64,000 nucleotides of DNA from Octopus vulgaris (GCA_951406725.2 OX597817.1:101494001-101558000); one strand, 5' to 3'; positions 39,683 through 55,820 are shown, counted from the first letter of the stretch. The notes: generated by a model not told the origin, from the letters alone. Program-made: numbers and translations.

Positions 39683-39683
<1 letters not shown>
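38970..39683 (+). mobile_element. tRNA-headed short element ending in a degenerate hammerhead, interrupted by an R4/Dong fragment in its internal (AAT)n
   Basis: A box TGGCGTAGTGA and B box GAGTTCGATTCC (38973-39026). After the insert: GACAC CTGATGA AGGCTG..CAGCC GAATC GTGTT (39588-39630). Confidence 0.65.
39090..39441 (+). mobile_element. R4/Dong-clade LINE, 5'-truncated 3' end in (AAT)n
   Basis: ORF 39105 KEMEKLSKYKDLEIEVTRMW...PIIVGALG...LLGTAHILRR (end of the RLE domain). The 3' end AAAACTACTG-(AAT)n matches 50255-50265. Confidence 0.85.
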
Positions 39684-39751
<68 letters not shown>

Positions 39752-40148
39752 CACACACACACACGATGGAGATAATCCGAACAACATAATTACAGCTGCG
39801 CTGAAGAGCAGTAGATATAAAAGAACGATAGCGCAGATAGAACGAAAAAAGCAGGAGTTTATACGCTCCTATGCACTCATAAGATCTCACATTGGCACGC
39901 TTGATGCCATCTTTGACAACGAACAAAGTAAAGATGGCAAGGATGAAGACGCGGGTGTTGATGAAAGATATATATATATGCATATATACATACGTATACG
40001 TACTCACTTACATGTATACGTATATACATATGCATATGTGGGCACTGGGCATCACAAAACGTAAACAACAAAAATACGAAGTACGAGGACATGCAATATG
40101 AACTTTTTGCGAACAATAAAGAAACAAATGGAAAATAAGTCAAACAAC

Positions 40149-40244
40149 ACAAGGAACGACCCTTCATCAGTTGTCGGCTGTTTTTCTAATAAGTATTTCG
40201 GGATTAGAAACACAGCGGACAACTGATGAAGGGTCGTTCTTTGT
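40149..40244. repeat. 42-bp imperfect inverted repeat containing CTGATGA half-cores
   Basis: 40149-40190 pairs with 40203-40244 (3 mismatches). Confidence 0.85.
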
Positions 40245-40708
40245 ATGATTATATAAATTAAGAGAAGACAAATTGAATGTACCCTTTTACATATCTTTCC
40301 AATTGTTTCAGCACATCACTACCAGCTGCTCATTGTTGAATATTATATTATAAACGACGCATTGCCAATTATTACTCTTCAGTAATATTGGTAGACGTAT
40401 TTCATCAGGTGAGAATGGGAGCAGTAGTATTTAATTAATAGAATGTGTTGCTTATAATATATATAACATTGAGCGATGAAGATATGATAGTGATATGCTG
40501 TAACAATTGTAGTTGTATGTGATGAAGCATGCTCAGTCCATCTTTTCTCGTTAATATTTATGTATAAATGCTACGGATATTTATGGATTTTCAAATGTTT
40601 TTCCAGTGACAGGGAAAGTCTCACTATCATAGCATTTGGTAGCCGATACCTATAAATGAGCTTTGGAAAGCACACTTCAAGGTTGAATTTTTTCCCAGAT
40701 TGTATTAA

Positions 40709-40778
<70 letters not shown>

Positions 40779-40844
40779 GAGAGAGAAAAAAATAATGGGG
40801 CTGGCGAGAGAGAGAGAGTGGGAAGAGAGAGGCATGTATGTGTA

Positions 40845-40896
<52 letters not shown>

Positions 40897-40922
40897 CATA
40901 TATATATATATATGTATATATA

Positions 40923-40958
<36 letters not shown>

Positions 40959-40987
40959 TATACATACATACACACACACACACACAC

Positions 40988-41035
<48 letters not shown>

Positions 41036-41404
41036 TAAAGATCCCGTTCTTTGTGTGTGTTTAAAAGATTATAACGGGCGTATTTTTCAACTGATTTTCT
41101 CCAAAGTGGGAACATACATTACTTACGTTCCAGAGATGGTTTTAGACTCTTAAAATTCTTCACATAAGGAATAACTGGTCTCCTGGGCGCAGAAAATACC
41201 CGTTCCTGGGTTACGTGGGAACGGGAGGTAACTCTTTGTGAAGTAACTTTCAGAAATTGATTGTCTCAAAAATTTGTCACAATCTCATCTAATATATGAA
41301 ATAGAGAAGTGTGTGTATTCGCTTCTCACGCGTATCTGTATTTATATCAGCCTTTCATTGTTTATAATCTGTACCTGTTCTTTGGTTACGAATTACGTGT
41401 ATTT

Positions 41405-41474
<70 letters not shown>

Positions 41475-42637
41475 TTCACAGCTTTCTTTTTACATTTAAC
41501 TTAACGCCTATGTTCCATGCTAGCATGGTTCGGAGAGTTATTAATGTAGAAAGTTGATATCTCAGCAACTAGCGTTTTTAAATTTCATTATATATATATA
41601 TATATATGTGTGTGTATGTGTGTGTGTGTGTTTGTATTTATATATATATATATATACAATTTTGAATTTTAAATGGCAATTTTTGATGCTATAATATCAA
41701 GTAACAGCAATATTTTTGTGTTACATAGTAGCTAACGCTGTATCTCATCTTTAAATTACTTCGTTTTCAATATACAATTTGAGAAGTGCAAGAAAAGTGC
41801 AACTACAACATTTATATAATGCCTATATGCATATATGTGTGGGTGGGTGTTGTGTATATATGTGTATATATGCATTCGTGTGTATCTGTTCGTATGTTTG
41901 TTCGTATGTTCGTTCGTATGTACGTATGTACGTCTGAATGTATATGAAAGATCACTCCCAGTGTTACTGGTAACAAGTAACCCAATACAACATGGTCGGG
42001 CGTCGACTACTAAGCCCGCAATCCTACTATGCTTACTTGGTAAGAAGGATGCTTTACGTTTTTTTTTTATTATTATCTTTATTATTACTTTTTGGACACC
42101 TTACAAGACGAATAGGAAAATCTATCAAATAGCGGTTGAATTGAATAGATTCAACTGCTATTTAACTGCTGGGAGAGAGAGATCGTTACTCTTCCTTTGG
42201 ACATTTCTCTAGGAAAAAGAAAACCCTGATGAAACACCTGCGACTTCATTCGTGTCAAATGATGTATACTAGTTCATTTTGCGCAAATGCAAACATTGTT
42301 TAGAGATTAGAATTGGCCCTGTGCATGAACATTCCTCGATTTAAAAAGCTTCAAGCATAGTCATTGCTTAATTTTTAACATCCCTATTAACATTTCTATC
42401 ACATGTTGCTGACCGCAGCCGAAATTGGCCAAATACTCTGAACACCTATTGAATTAGGTACCCATGGTTACTATAACTATGAAAAAAAAAAAGAGGGTAG
42501 GTCCCTAACATGACTGAAAAGTCACATCCGTGACGCTCACATTTGAAAGAACAATCAAGTGATGGCATTCCTTGAAATCAAGCTACAACCATCGTGTGTG
42601 CGTGTGTGTGCATGTATGTAACACATATATATATATT

Positions 42638-42670
<33 letters not shown>

Positions 42671-42839
42671 TAAACTGATAAGGGAAAATCATTTGATATA
42701 TTTTAAATTCCATGTTATACGTGTTTCATTGTATGATAGGAGTTCCAAAGGTATACGTGTAGAAATCTGTATAGAATCTCCCATCCTGTCAAAGACTCAA
42801 GAACGATTTAAAAGTAATATTTGTTTTGAATATTTTCTG

Positions 42840-43560
42840 GAGAATAACCCATTGGAGATTCTATATATTAAATGAGGGAAAATTTGAACTCATGCATTTT
42901 GGCAAAAAAACTGCGCTCAAACAACGATATTCTCTTCCTGCAGGAAGACTACACGGAGGAACTTACATCATCCTTCAGGGGAACTCACGGCATTCAATAA
43001 TATCAGGGACTTAGGAGTGATTGTAGTTAACAATCTCAACTAGAGATAAGGCTCACAGAATAAGCTCATGGATTCTCAGAATTTTCCGGTCCAGAGAGCA
43101 AGATGCCGTCATTCTCTCGTTCTCTTCCTTTGTACGTGTACGATCACATCTAGACTAATACTGCCCACCTGTGGTCTCTCCGCATCAAATAAAACATTAC
43201 GAAATTTGAGTCACCCCAGGTAACATTCACTAGAAACATAAAGGGCATGAATGATCTTGATTATTGGGACGACCTTGAAACATTGAATCGTTAATCTCTC
43301 CAACGCCGCCATGAGCTGTACATCATTTGCACAATGTAGAGAATATACCACCAGCATTGCCCAAACATTATCACAAAATAATTCAAAGAAGAAAAACATT
43401 CCATCAGCTTATTCTTCAAGGTATACCAGATAAACCACCTATACATGCATTCCTCTCAGTCAACCATAACTCGTTATTTGAATGGGCCACGATACCACAA
43501 AACTTGATTTAAAAATCAGGTGGTGCTATCAAGCTAGGACAGATCTTTGGCCAAAACATA
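42840..43560 (+). mobile_element. CR1/L2-group LINE 3' fragment, degraded
   Basis: Remnants KFELMHFG, RDLGVIV, WILRIFRSR, RSHLD, GMNDLDYW-DRL...SLQRR, typical of the CR1 RT C-terminus. Confidence 0.7.
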
Positions 43561-43839
43561 TCTATATATCTAAGATATACACTTTTTACACACCTACACA
43601 CATGTATATACATACATACATACACACATAAATACGTACATACATACATACATACATATATACATATATAGTGGGGGGAGAATTCACAAAAAACAAAAGA
43701 CGAAGATAGGTGGTGTAGACAACAAACAGATGCATTAATATAACGCTCGGGAAGTGAAAAGGTCTTTAACGTTTCGAGCCTACACTCATCCACAGAAAGG
43801 AACACAGAAAGAAACAAGGAGAGAAAATAAAGAATGTGT

Positions 43840-43896
<57 letters not shown>

Positions 43897-44871
43897 GTAT
43901 ATGTATGTATATATTCAGCATAATCAGTGCGAAACTGTGTTTAGGCATAAGCGAACTTTAGGTTACTTAAAATGGTTGTGATATATTTCAACTTCGAAAG
44001 GCAAATTCTCTAATTACCGTAGAGAGAAAAAAATTCTCTTATGGTAAACCGTGTAAAAATACCATATCTGCCCAGTATCGCCTTCTCCCGGATTCGCAGC
44101 CGCAGCGTTTCTAGCTCTTTAGCCGTTTTCAATAGGAATTACCAAAGACAAAATACTCTGGCCAAATTAAAAGCCGCAGTTTTAACTAAAACAGTCGACA
44201 ACATTGACTGGTGTTGCGCTATTAGACCGCCAGGGATTGACACTAGACAGATATGGTGTTTTTATGCAAACACACACACACACACATTATATATGTGTAC
44301 ATACATTTATACAAGCACATGTATACAAGGAGCACAAAAAATACAGGAAAATATGAAACTACATACATACAGATATGTGTGTGTGTGCATGTGTATTTCT
44401 ATCTGAATGTAGACATGTATGCATACATACGTACATACACACAGGTATGTTTATGTATTATGTATATATATACATGTATGTATTAAGTACGTATGTATGT
44501 ATATACGTATGTACATATGCATGTATATCAATATATATACACACACACGTACACTCATAAACACTTACAAATACATCAGCGCGCGCGTATATGTTCTTGT
44601 GTGTGTGTATGCGCGCGTGTGTGCGTGTGTGTATACGTGTGTGCGCGCACGATACCTAGATACATATACAGCCTCTGTTTATGTCATTCTTCAGTTTTAT
44701 TTCAAGATTTCTTGCCAATAAAGAAACAGCCGGTTTCTATCCTAGATCCAAGGTTTCTTCATTTCAACAACATCAACAGGGTATTTTCTGTATGTATGCA
44801 TATGTGCAGATTTGTATGTTTTGTTTTGTGTATATATGCATTCTATCCGTATGCATGTGTTTGTACATGTG

Positions 44872-44947
<76 letters not shown>

Positions 44948-45133
44948 TATCTCTGTGTGTGTGTGTGAGTGCGTGTGTGTGATTATTTTTACATGCCAAT
45001 GTTTTATGATATATCAAGTAACTGCAGCATTTTGGGGTCATATTGCAACCAGTTTGATATTTCATTTTTAAAACACTTCGGTTTCAATTTAAAATCCGAT
45101 ATGAAGTTAATTGTAAGAAAAGTTCAACTCAGT

Positions 45134-45201
<68 letters not shown>

Positions 45202-45279
45202 CGCGCACGTAGTGCGAGCTGCAGGAATCGTTAAAACATCTGCCAATATGTCTTGTGGAATTTCTTTATAGAAGTACGA

Positions 45280-45660
45280 ACGGCTCTAAAGAATGAGGTT
45301 TGCTTCCAAATCACATGGCTCTGAGTTCAGTAGCAATGCCTGGCATCTTAAGCAAGTACTTTTACCATAATCCCGAGTCATTCAAAATCTCGTGAGTGGA
45401 TTTAGCAGACGGAAACTGAAAGAATGCTACCGTATATATACCTGTGTCTATATCTATGAATAACAGTCTCTCTGTTTGTTTTTCAGTCATAATGCAGGAC
45501 AAGAGGTGTTGGTTTGTTTACCTCTCCGTAAATTAGGGTTTTCCATAAGAGACCAATAGTAAAAGTAGCAAGTTTTATAAAGGAATAAGTACGGGGATAG
45601 ATTCGTCTGACTAAAACAATTCATCCTGGCACAACAGCACGGATCCAGTGACTAAAACGA
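45280..45660 (+). mobile_element. SINE family B (CORE-type), diverged
   Basis: CACATGGCTCTGAGTTCAG...GTGAGTGGATTTAGCAGACGGAAACTGAAAGAA...AGTGACTAAAACGAGTA is the inverse of the 31175-31556 copy. Confidence 0.75.
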
Positions 45661-45691
45661 GTACAAGCAAACAGTGTATGCATGTATGTAG

Positions 45692-45910
45692 AGCTGGCAG
45701 AAACGTTAGCACGCCGGGCGAAATGCATGGCCGTATTTCGTCTGCCGTTCTGAGTTCAAATTCCGCCGAGGTCGACTTTGCCTTTCATCCTTTCGGGGTC
45801 GATAAATTAAGTACCAGTTGCGCACTGGGGTCGATGTAGTCGACTTAATCCGTTTGTCTGTCCTTGTTTGTCCCCTCTGTGTTTAGCCCCTTGTGGGTAG
45901 TAAAGAAATA
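45692..45910 (+). mobile_element. SINE family A, young copy
   Basis: Near-identical to 2266-2490; ends GAAATA followed by (TA)n. Confidence 0.88.
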
Positions 45911-45933
45911 TATATATATATATACATACACAC

Positions 45934-46117
<184 letters not shown>

Positions 46118-47135
46118 GGGAAGTACGGCAACTATTGTTGCAAAGAAGGTAAAAATAATGGCAACGAAAAAAGCGCACGAGCAATTGGCTGATAGGTGGG
46201 AGGAGAAACCTCTGCACGGCAAATATGTGGCCCGCAGCAAACAAGCTGATGTTGACCAGAAGCAAACCCATCAGTGGATACGGAGCTCAGGGCTAAAAGC
46301 AGAGAGCGAAGGTTTCATCCTGGCTGCTCAAGATCAAAGCCTATTAACCCGGAACTACCAGGCCAATGTGATGAAAAATGGAGCAGACCCAAAATGCCGA
46401 TTCTGCAACGACATGATTGAAACAGTGGACCACCTAATCTCTGGATGTAAAGTCTTAGCACCAGTGGAGTATAAATTAAGACATGACAGAGTTGGCCAAT
46501 ATCTACACTGGCTAATAAGTCGGCATTACAATATCAAAACTGCCGACAAGTGGTATAATCACCACCCTGAGGCTGTAACTGAAGGAGAAAATGTAACCAT
46601 TCTGTGGGACTTTCCAGTACATACAGACCGAACCATCAAGGCCAATAAACCAGATATTGTTGTGAAAGACCAAAACAATAAAGTTTGCTTATTGATCGAC
46701 ATGAGCATCCCCTGTGATCATAATATCTCAGCGAAAGAGTTTGACAAGCTCAGTAAATATAAAGACCTACTCATTAAAATTGAGAAAATGCGGCATCTCA
46801 AGGCGGTTACAATGCCAGTAATCGTAGGAGCACTAGGAATGATCAAGAAGGGAACCGAAAATTATATGAGAATGATCCCTGGTTTACCATCCCTACAAGA
46901 AGTGCAAAAGATTGTCTTAACTGGTACATCACACGTATTGAGAAGAGCATTGTCGATGTGAGAACTGTTGCTGCTCATGTATTTTAATTTAACTTAAAAA
47001 AAAAAATTTTTTTTTAAATCAACGAACTATTGAGTTTGGTTTAATGGCCTACCAATGTATACTATGAGTTTCTTTGCCCTAGGAGTCGGGAAGACACTCG
47101 GCAAGAAATGGAAGCAAATTTGAAAGAAGAAAAAA
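46118..47135 (+). mobile_element. R4/Dong-clade LINE 3' fragment (CCHC + restriction-like endonuclease, intact frame) between (AAT)n tracts
   Basis: CRFCNDMIETVDHLISGC, RHDRV, LWDF...TDRTIKANKPDIV...LLIDMSIP...KYKDL; stop at 46961, then 3' UTR. Confidence 0.9.
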
Positions 47136-47176
<41 letters not shown>

Positions 47177-47195
47177 TAATAATAATAATAATAAT

Positions 47196-47251
<56 letters not shown>

Positions 47252-47277
47252 TAATAATAATAATAATAATAATAATG

Positions 47278-47329
<52 letters not shown>

Positions 47330-48432
47330 GCCCTAATACCCCTTACAAGTGAATTAAACAGAACAGGGTATGGGTATAAAATTGCCAATAAAAAAAATAA
47401 GCCACCTATTTTATATGGATGACTTAAAACTTTATGGTAAAGACAATAATGAACTTGAAGGCCTATTGCGCGCCGTGAAAGCATTCAGCGATGACATCGG
47501 GATGGAGTTTGGACTTGAGAAGTGTGCCAAGGCCACTTTCCAGAAAGGGAAAGTGAAGACCACAAATTCAGTCGTGTTAGATGTTGACACAGTCATAAGA
47601 GAGCTTGAGCAAGAACAAACATACAAATATTTAGGGATAAATGAAGGCTCTGGTATTCAGCATGCAAGCATGAAAGAGAAGATCAGGAAAGAATGTTCGT
47701 GCAGTCCTGAAATCTGAACTAAATGCACGTAACAAGGTGTTAGCTATAAATTCCTTAGCAGTTCCAGTTGTTACTTATAGCTACAATGTGTTGAACTGGA
47801 ATATGAGTGAAGTAAAAAATATAGATAGGAAAATACGCAAGCTGCTGAGTTGTAATAGGATGCACCACCCAAAGGCAGACGTAGATCGCCTTTACCTTCC
47901 CAGAGCTCAAGGAGGTCGAGGCCTGATCCAATTTGAACTAGCTTACAAAACAACCACAATTGGACTGGCCAAATATCTCGAAATATCGAATGACTGGATG
48001 CTAAAGCTCGTGGAAAATCACGAGAGACGAAAGAAGCTTCATTCTATCATAAAGGAAAGCAAAAAATTTGCTATTGATCTCGTGCAGGATACCCAAACAG
48101 AACAACCCGAGGGAAGTACGGGAATTATTGTTGCAAAGAAGGTGAAAATGATGGCAATGAAAAAAGCGCACGAGCAATTGGCTGATAGGTGGGAGGAGAA
48201 ACCTCTGCACGGCAAATATGTGACCCGCAGCAAACAAGCTGATGTTGACCAGAAGCAAACCCATCAGTGGCTACGGAGCTCAGGGCTAAAAGCAGAGAGC
48301 GAAAAAAAAAAAATGAACGAACTATTGAGTTTGGTTTAATGGCCTACCAATGTATACTATGAGTTTCTTTGCCCTAGGAGTCGGGAAGACACTCAGCAAG
48401 AAATGGAAGCAAATTTGAAAGAAGAAAAAAAA
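47330..48432 (+). mobile_element. R4/Dong-clade LINE fragment (RT end and thumb; RLE domain deleted; same 3' UTR as 46118-47135)
   Basis: ISHLFYMDDLKLY, FGLEKCA, YKYLG, RLYLPRAQGGRGL. 48112-48300 matches 46118-46308, then jumps to the 3' UTR (AACGAACTATTGAG...). Confidence 0.9.
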
Positions 48433-48477
48433 GTAATAATAATAATAATAATAATGATGATGATGATGATGATGATG

Positions 48478-50393
<1,916 letters not shown>

Positions 50394-50429
50394 AATAACA
50401 ATAATAATAACGATAATAATAATGTATTG

Positions 50430-50920
50430 ATGCATTACCAGTCAGTGGTTCCCATGGCTTCTGATCTTATATCTGATTGGAAGTGTTATAATGTGCATTG
50501 TTTTGTCTTGGTATAAAAGATGAGCTACAGCAAATATTCTGCTCAAAAGCACAGCTTTGCTTGTCAGTTGCTCGACCTTAACCAGTTGAGCATGCCCCTT
50601 AGTAGCTGACGATATGTGTATCTCTGATCAGAGTATGAGTAGTGGAGGAGCATTATAGCCATGTGTTGAGAGGAATTCTTTGGGGTTTGAATAATTCACC
50701 TTTGGGAAGATGGGTGTTTTTTCATCATCCTTAAAATACCCTTATTCAAAGGCCACTCCTCCTGAAAAAAATTCTGTGTCGACCTGCAAGGTTATGTGTT
50801 GTATCTAGATATGAGATCACCATGTTGCGCACATATGGTTGTGATGCATGTGCCTGGTGTACCCTTATGAGACGGGTACTATAGTGTCACTTTGATGGCA
50901 TGCACTGCTCTCTCATTCCA
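50430..50920 (+). repeat. Unclassified dispersed repeat associated with triplet microsatellites; inverse fragments at 6925-7080 and 23197-23285
   Basis: 50861-50914 (ACCCTTATGAGACGGGT...GTGTCACTTTGATGGCATGCACTGCTCTCTCA) is the reverse complement of 23197-23285, with an internal gap. Confidence 0.7.
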
Positions 50921-50924
50921 CAAT

Positions 50925-50998
50925 ACAACAACAACTACTACTACTGCTGCTGCTGCTACTACTACAAATACTACTACTGCTACTACTACTACTACTAC

Positions 50999-51047
<49 letters not shown>

Positions 51048-51235
51048 AAGAGGGGGAGTGGGAAGGGGGAAGGAGGAGGAGGGGAGTGAGGAGGAGGAGG
51101 AGGAGAAGGAGGAGGAGGAGAAGAAGAAGAAGAAGAAGAAGAAGAAGAAGAAGAAGAAGAAGAAGAAGAAGAAGAAGAAGAAGAAGAAGAAGAAGAAGAA
51201 GAAGAAGAAAAAGAAGAAGAAGAAAAAGAAGAAGA
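50925..51235. repeat. Compound triplet microsatellite (ACT/GCT/AAT/GGA/GAA)
   Basis: Directly visible; explains the poly-T/N/K/R/F ORFs. Confidence 0.95.
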
Positions 51236-51377
51236 CGTGTGACAGAGAGCTGCCGGGAAAATGTATCAAATCTGAAACCGTCACGAAGTAGGAATTAGTA
51301 ATCCGCAAAAACATTAAAAGTAAAGTATGTTTTAATGCAAGCTATCTCACGAAACTGAAAGATTTTACTTATATGGA

Positions 51378-51415
<38 letters not shown>

Positions 51416-52073
51416 CTTCCCTCAGATGCGAGTCACAGCAACACGCGCGTGAAAATGTAAACACATGGACTCAAATATTTCTAAACGAAAACTGCAAACC
51501 TTTGAGTAAAATTTTAAATTTTAAATCTTAATTATATATACACCCATATTTATACAAGACCTCTATGTATACGCACATTGCTGTTTCTTCTCAATCTCTC
51601 ACTTATACATCAGTAATAATTATAAATATCAAAGAAACATCAACACATGTCCATGGGCGGTGTTCTGTGAAAAGGTTGTAAAAACGGACACATAAGAAAA
51701 CCAAACCAAAAAAGAAAGAACGATGGACAGACAAGCAAGAATACTATAAAATGGTTGATTTATGTTTTACACACACTACTATGCAACACTCCTCCAAAAC
51801 CATACAGGAATAAACGCATACCGTAAGTACCCAACAAAATGAACAAAGCCCACAACGTGTGCCATAAAAGGCCGACAACCGACAGCACACAATCTGAGTT
51901 GCACAAACAACACACAATACAAAATCTAATACAACAGAAGGCTCAAACCAAACCCCATAACAAAGCATACTGATGTAATACAGTATTCCCCTCACCCAAA
52001 ATGCAGCACACACCATCTCACCAGCACAAATATGCAACAAATTATGCAATAGAAAGTTGCTTGAAACTATCAG

Positions 52074-55000
52074 ATGTCGAAAAATAATAGTGGTGATGAC
52101 ATTGGTGACGAACTTCGCCTTAACCCAGTTTATGAGAGAAGGTATTTCCAAAGAAATTCTGGTTGCAACCGCGAAAATGAAGCTAGGCATTTAAGGGAAG
52201 GCTTCTCGCTCGGCAGTGGATCAGTAAATATGCAGACAGACCACAGCTATTATCCTAATACAGCATCAGCCGATAATAGAGCAAGGAGGAGGAAGTGGAC
52301 CAGCGAAGGAAACAGGATAGTGATGCAGTGCTACTTAGGTGAACCTAAAAGAAGGGGCTATTGAAAACGGATGTTAACATTTTGGGTAGAAAAGGGTATG
52401 TTTAAAGTGACTGAGCTGAGATTAGTAGATCTAACTAATGCTTTTAGGAGAAGAAAGTGGATGACAGAATAGGAGGTAGAACAGATCACAAGAGAACTGA
52501 GAAAGAAAGATCAGGCAGTAGGAAAGACAAACAACTTAAGAGATACAGCTCAAATCAAAGAAGAACCTAAAGGAAAAAATAATACCAATAAGGAAGGGAC
52601 AACTAGCACCAGCGACTTAATTGATGTTAGTGGGGAAGATCAGAAGATTGTAGATGCGTTTCAGGAAGAAAAAGATTGCCAGCATTAAAAGACACCAACA
52701 GAAAGAAGCTGCTAAAATGACTAGGAAAGTAGATTTTGTTATCAGTAGAATAGATACTAAAAATATAACTTATTGATCTATACAAGAGGGGCATTAGTCA
52801 CTAGAAGATTAGATATCGCATAGAGAAAGATTAAAAAAGAGTAGGTGTGGCAAAAGAAACCACAAAACAAAGTGAATATTTAAAACAAGATCTGAGTAGA
52901 ATAGAGGCCTGGAAACAGAACAAATTAGGAAACACAATATGCAAATCTTTCCTCTAGAAAAGATAACTAGTCGAAGAGAAAGGATTTGAGACAGTAACAG
53001 AAGAACTGTAACTGCGTATGATAACAGTAGCAGGCAAGCTCTCCAGATATTATAAAAGAATAGATCAATATCAACAGAAGAGATTATTTGAAACAGACCA
53101 GATGAGATTTTATAGCCAAATAAATAGTGGAGAACAAACTTCTGAAGATGAGAAACCTCATGCAAAAGAAGCTAGAAGGTTCTGAAGTAATATTTGGGAT
53201 TAGCCAGTCAATCATAATGGAGATGCAGTATAGTTAAAGAAAGTGAAGGAAGAAGTAGTGACTGAGAAGCAGCCAGATCTTACACTAACTAGTGCATTAA
53301 TGAGTAAAATGATAAGAAAATGCCGAATTGAAAGGGACCAGGACTAGATTTAGTTCAAGGGTACTAGCTATGGAAATTTAGTAGTTTACATGGGAGGGTA
53401 AACTTCAGGATTGCCTTAATGGGGCAATAATACCAGATTGAATGACTAGAGGACTGGAGGGAGGACAATACTCATCATGAAAGGTAAGTGCAAGGGTAAT
53501 ACAGTTAACAACTATAGATCAATCACTTGCTTACCAGTAGTGTAGAAGATGCTTACAAGAATGCTTTCAGAAAGCATTTGCGAGCAATTTGACAACCATT
53601 ATTTACTGCCAAAAGAACAGAAGGCGTGCAGGAAGAAGGTTAAAGGAACGCATCATCTATTATAAATAAAGCAGTTCTAAATGAAGTAAAAGCTAGAAAA
53701 ATCTACCAATAGCATGGATAGATTATAAGAAAGCTTATGACATGTTCCCACACTCATGGATAAGTGAATGTTTGAGTATATTCAGCATAGAAGACAATAT
53801 AAAAGAATTAGTTAGCTTTAGCATGAAATAATGGAAAGTAGATCTCTACTCAGGTGACACACTCTTAGAGAAGGTTAATATCAAGAGAGGAATGTTCCAG
53901 AGAGACTCTCTTGATATTTGTCCTTTAATATTTGTGTTATGTTTGGTCCCCCTCAGTTTAGTATTAAGAAAGGCAAATGTAGGGTATCAGTTCAGAAATA
54001 GTAAGAGAAGAATTAGCTATTTGCTCTTCATGGATAATCTGAAGCTTTTTAGTAAGAATGAAAAAGAGATAGATACCTAAATATAGACTGTAAGACTCTT
54101 CAGCAAAGATGTAGGCATGATTTGGCATAGATAAGTGTGCAATATTAATCATGAGAAGGAGAAAGGTAGCCAACAGTGAAGGCATCCAATAACCAGATGG
54201 CCAAGCATTAAAATCATTGAAAGGAGCAGAGAGTTATAAGTATCTAGGAGTATTAGAATCTGACATAATACTAATTACAGAAATGAAAGCGAAAATTGAA
54301 AAGGAATACACCAAAAGAGTGGGAAAGCTAGTAAAGTCAAAGCTAAATGGTGCGAATCTAGTGAAGGCTGTAAATATTCGGGCAGTGTCATTACTAAGAT
54401 ACTCAGCAGCTTTTGTAGATTGGACAAAAACTGAATTGGAAAAGATTGACGGAAGGAAGAACTAGGAAGGAATTCAATATGAATAGAGGACTCCACCTAA
54501 GGGCAGGAGTAGCAAGATTATAACTACCTAGAAAGGAAGGTGGAAGAGGGTTAATACCAGTAGAAGACTACGGGGAGTTTGCAAGAGTAGATATAGACTC
54601 CTATGTAGGCAATAATGAAGAAAGCTTTTAAAAGCTGCTAGAGTCAAAGCAAGACATAGGGAAACCAAAAACCAATCGAACTTAAAAACTAGAAAAAAAG
54701 AACAGAAATTATCTGACTGACAGGGGAAGGCGTTGCATGGTAGAATCCCAAAGATAGTTGCAGCAAATAGTAGTTGTGAGACATGGTTATATTTGCAGAA
54801 AAGAAGGCTGAAAAGATAGACAGTTTGTTAGTAGCTGCATTAAGGACTAATTGGATAAAATTAAGGACTAAAATTAAGGACTAATTGGATAAAAACCAAC
54901 ATAGACAAAAAAAGTAGATCTCCAATGTAGGTTATGCAAATCAAGAGGAATGTGTTACTTATATAGTAAGTGAATGTAGCATGATGGCACAGAAAAAATA

Positions 55001-55560
55001 CAAGAAAAGACAAGGCAACCTAGGGAGAGTAATCCACTGGAAGCTATGTAGAAAGCTAGGATTTGGACACAGGGATAAATGGTACGAAAATGAACCTAGT
55101 AAAGTACTAGAAAGTAAGAAATACAAGATGTTGTGGGACTTCAGACTTCAGACTGACAGAGTAATAGAAGTTAGAAGGCCTGACTTAGTAGTTGCAGATA
55201 AAGAGATTAGAAAGTGCTGAATACTTGAATTTACAGTCCCAAAGGATGAACAAATCAATATGAGAGGTATAGAAAAACTAGCAAAGTACCAGGACTTAGC
55301 CATTGAATTGCAGATTCTATGGAAAATGCAGGTAAAATGTATCCCAGTAGTTACAGGCGCATTATGAACTATCCCTACAAATCTGAATAGCTTGATAGAG
55401 GAAATAGGTATGAAACCCTGTTTAGTACAGCTCCAGAAAAGAATGTTGTTAGGGACAGCCAAGATACTTAGGAGACCTCATAGCATCTAAGGTTACTTGT
55501 TGTCGTTCGATGTTAGGATTTTTTCTCTTCCAACAGTCCAATCTGTTGTGTGTGTATGAA
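52074..55560 (+). mobile_element. Near full-length, heavily degraded R4/Dong-clade LINE (third subfamily)
   Basis: N-terminal RRKWTSEGNRIVMQCY, then NYRSITCL, IAWIDYKKAYD, FQRDSL, LLFMDNLKLF, YKYLG, LWDFRLQTDRVIEVRRPDLV, KYQDL; ends in TAATAATAA. Confidence 0.88.
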
Positions 55561-55699
55561 TATAATAATAATGCTCACGTGGTTAAGGTCGAGTAACTGA
55601 TAAGCAAATCTTTTATTATAGGTGCCCTAGGTATGATAAAAAAAAAGGGATGACAGAAACATCTTGACAACATCCCAGGAGAAAGCCCCAACTGTGGAA

Positions 55700-55820
55700 A
55701 AGTGGAGATTTGTGGTTTCATCACGACAATGCGCCTGCGCACATCACGTTGTGTGAGACGTTCTTGACCAAAAATGACACGACCACGCTTACCGACTCTC
55801 CCTATTCACCCGAACCTTTT
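55700..55820 (+). mobile_element. mariner transposase fragment
   Basis: FHHDNAPAH...[18 protein letters not shown] (HDNA and YSPD-like motifs). Confidence 0.7.

Noticed and set aside
41125-41168. Possible hammerhead relic on the minus strand (GTGAAGA...GGAACGTA)
   Set aside because: Both conserved boxes are mutated.
43760-43798. Hammerhead-like GGATGAGTGTAGGCTCGAAACGTT on the minus strand
   Set aside because: The core does not fit CUGANGA or UUGANAA, and stem II overlaps the core.
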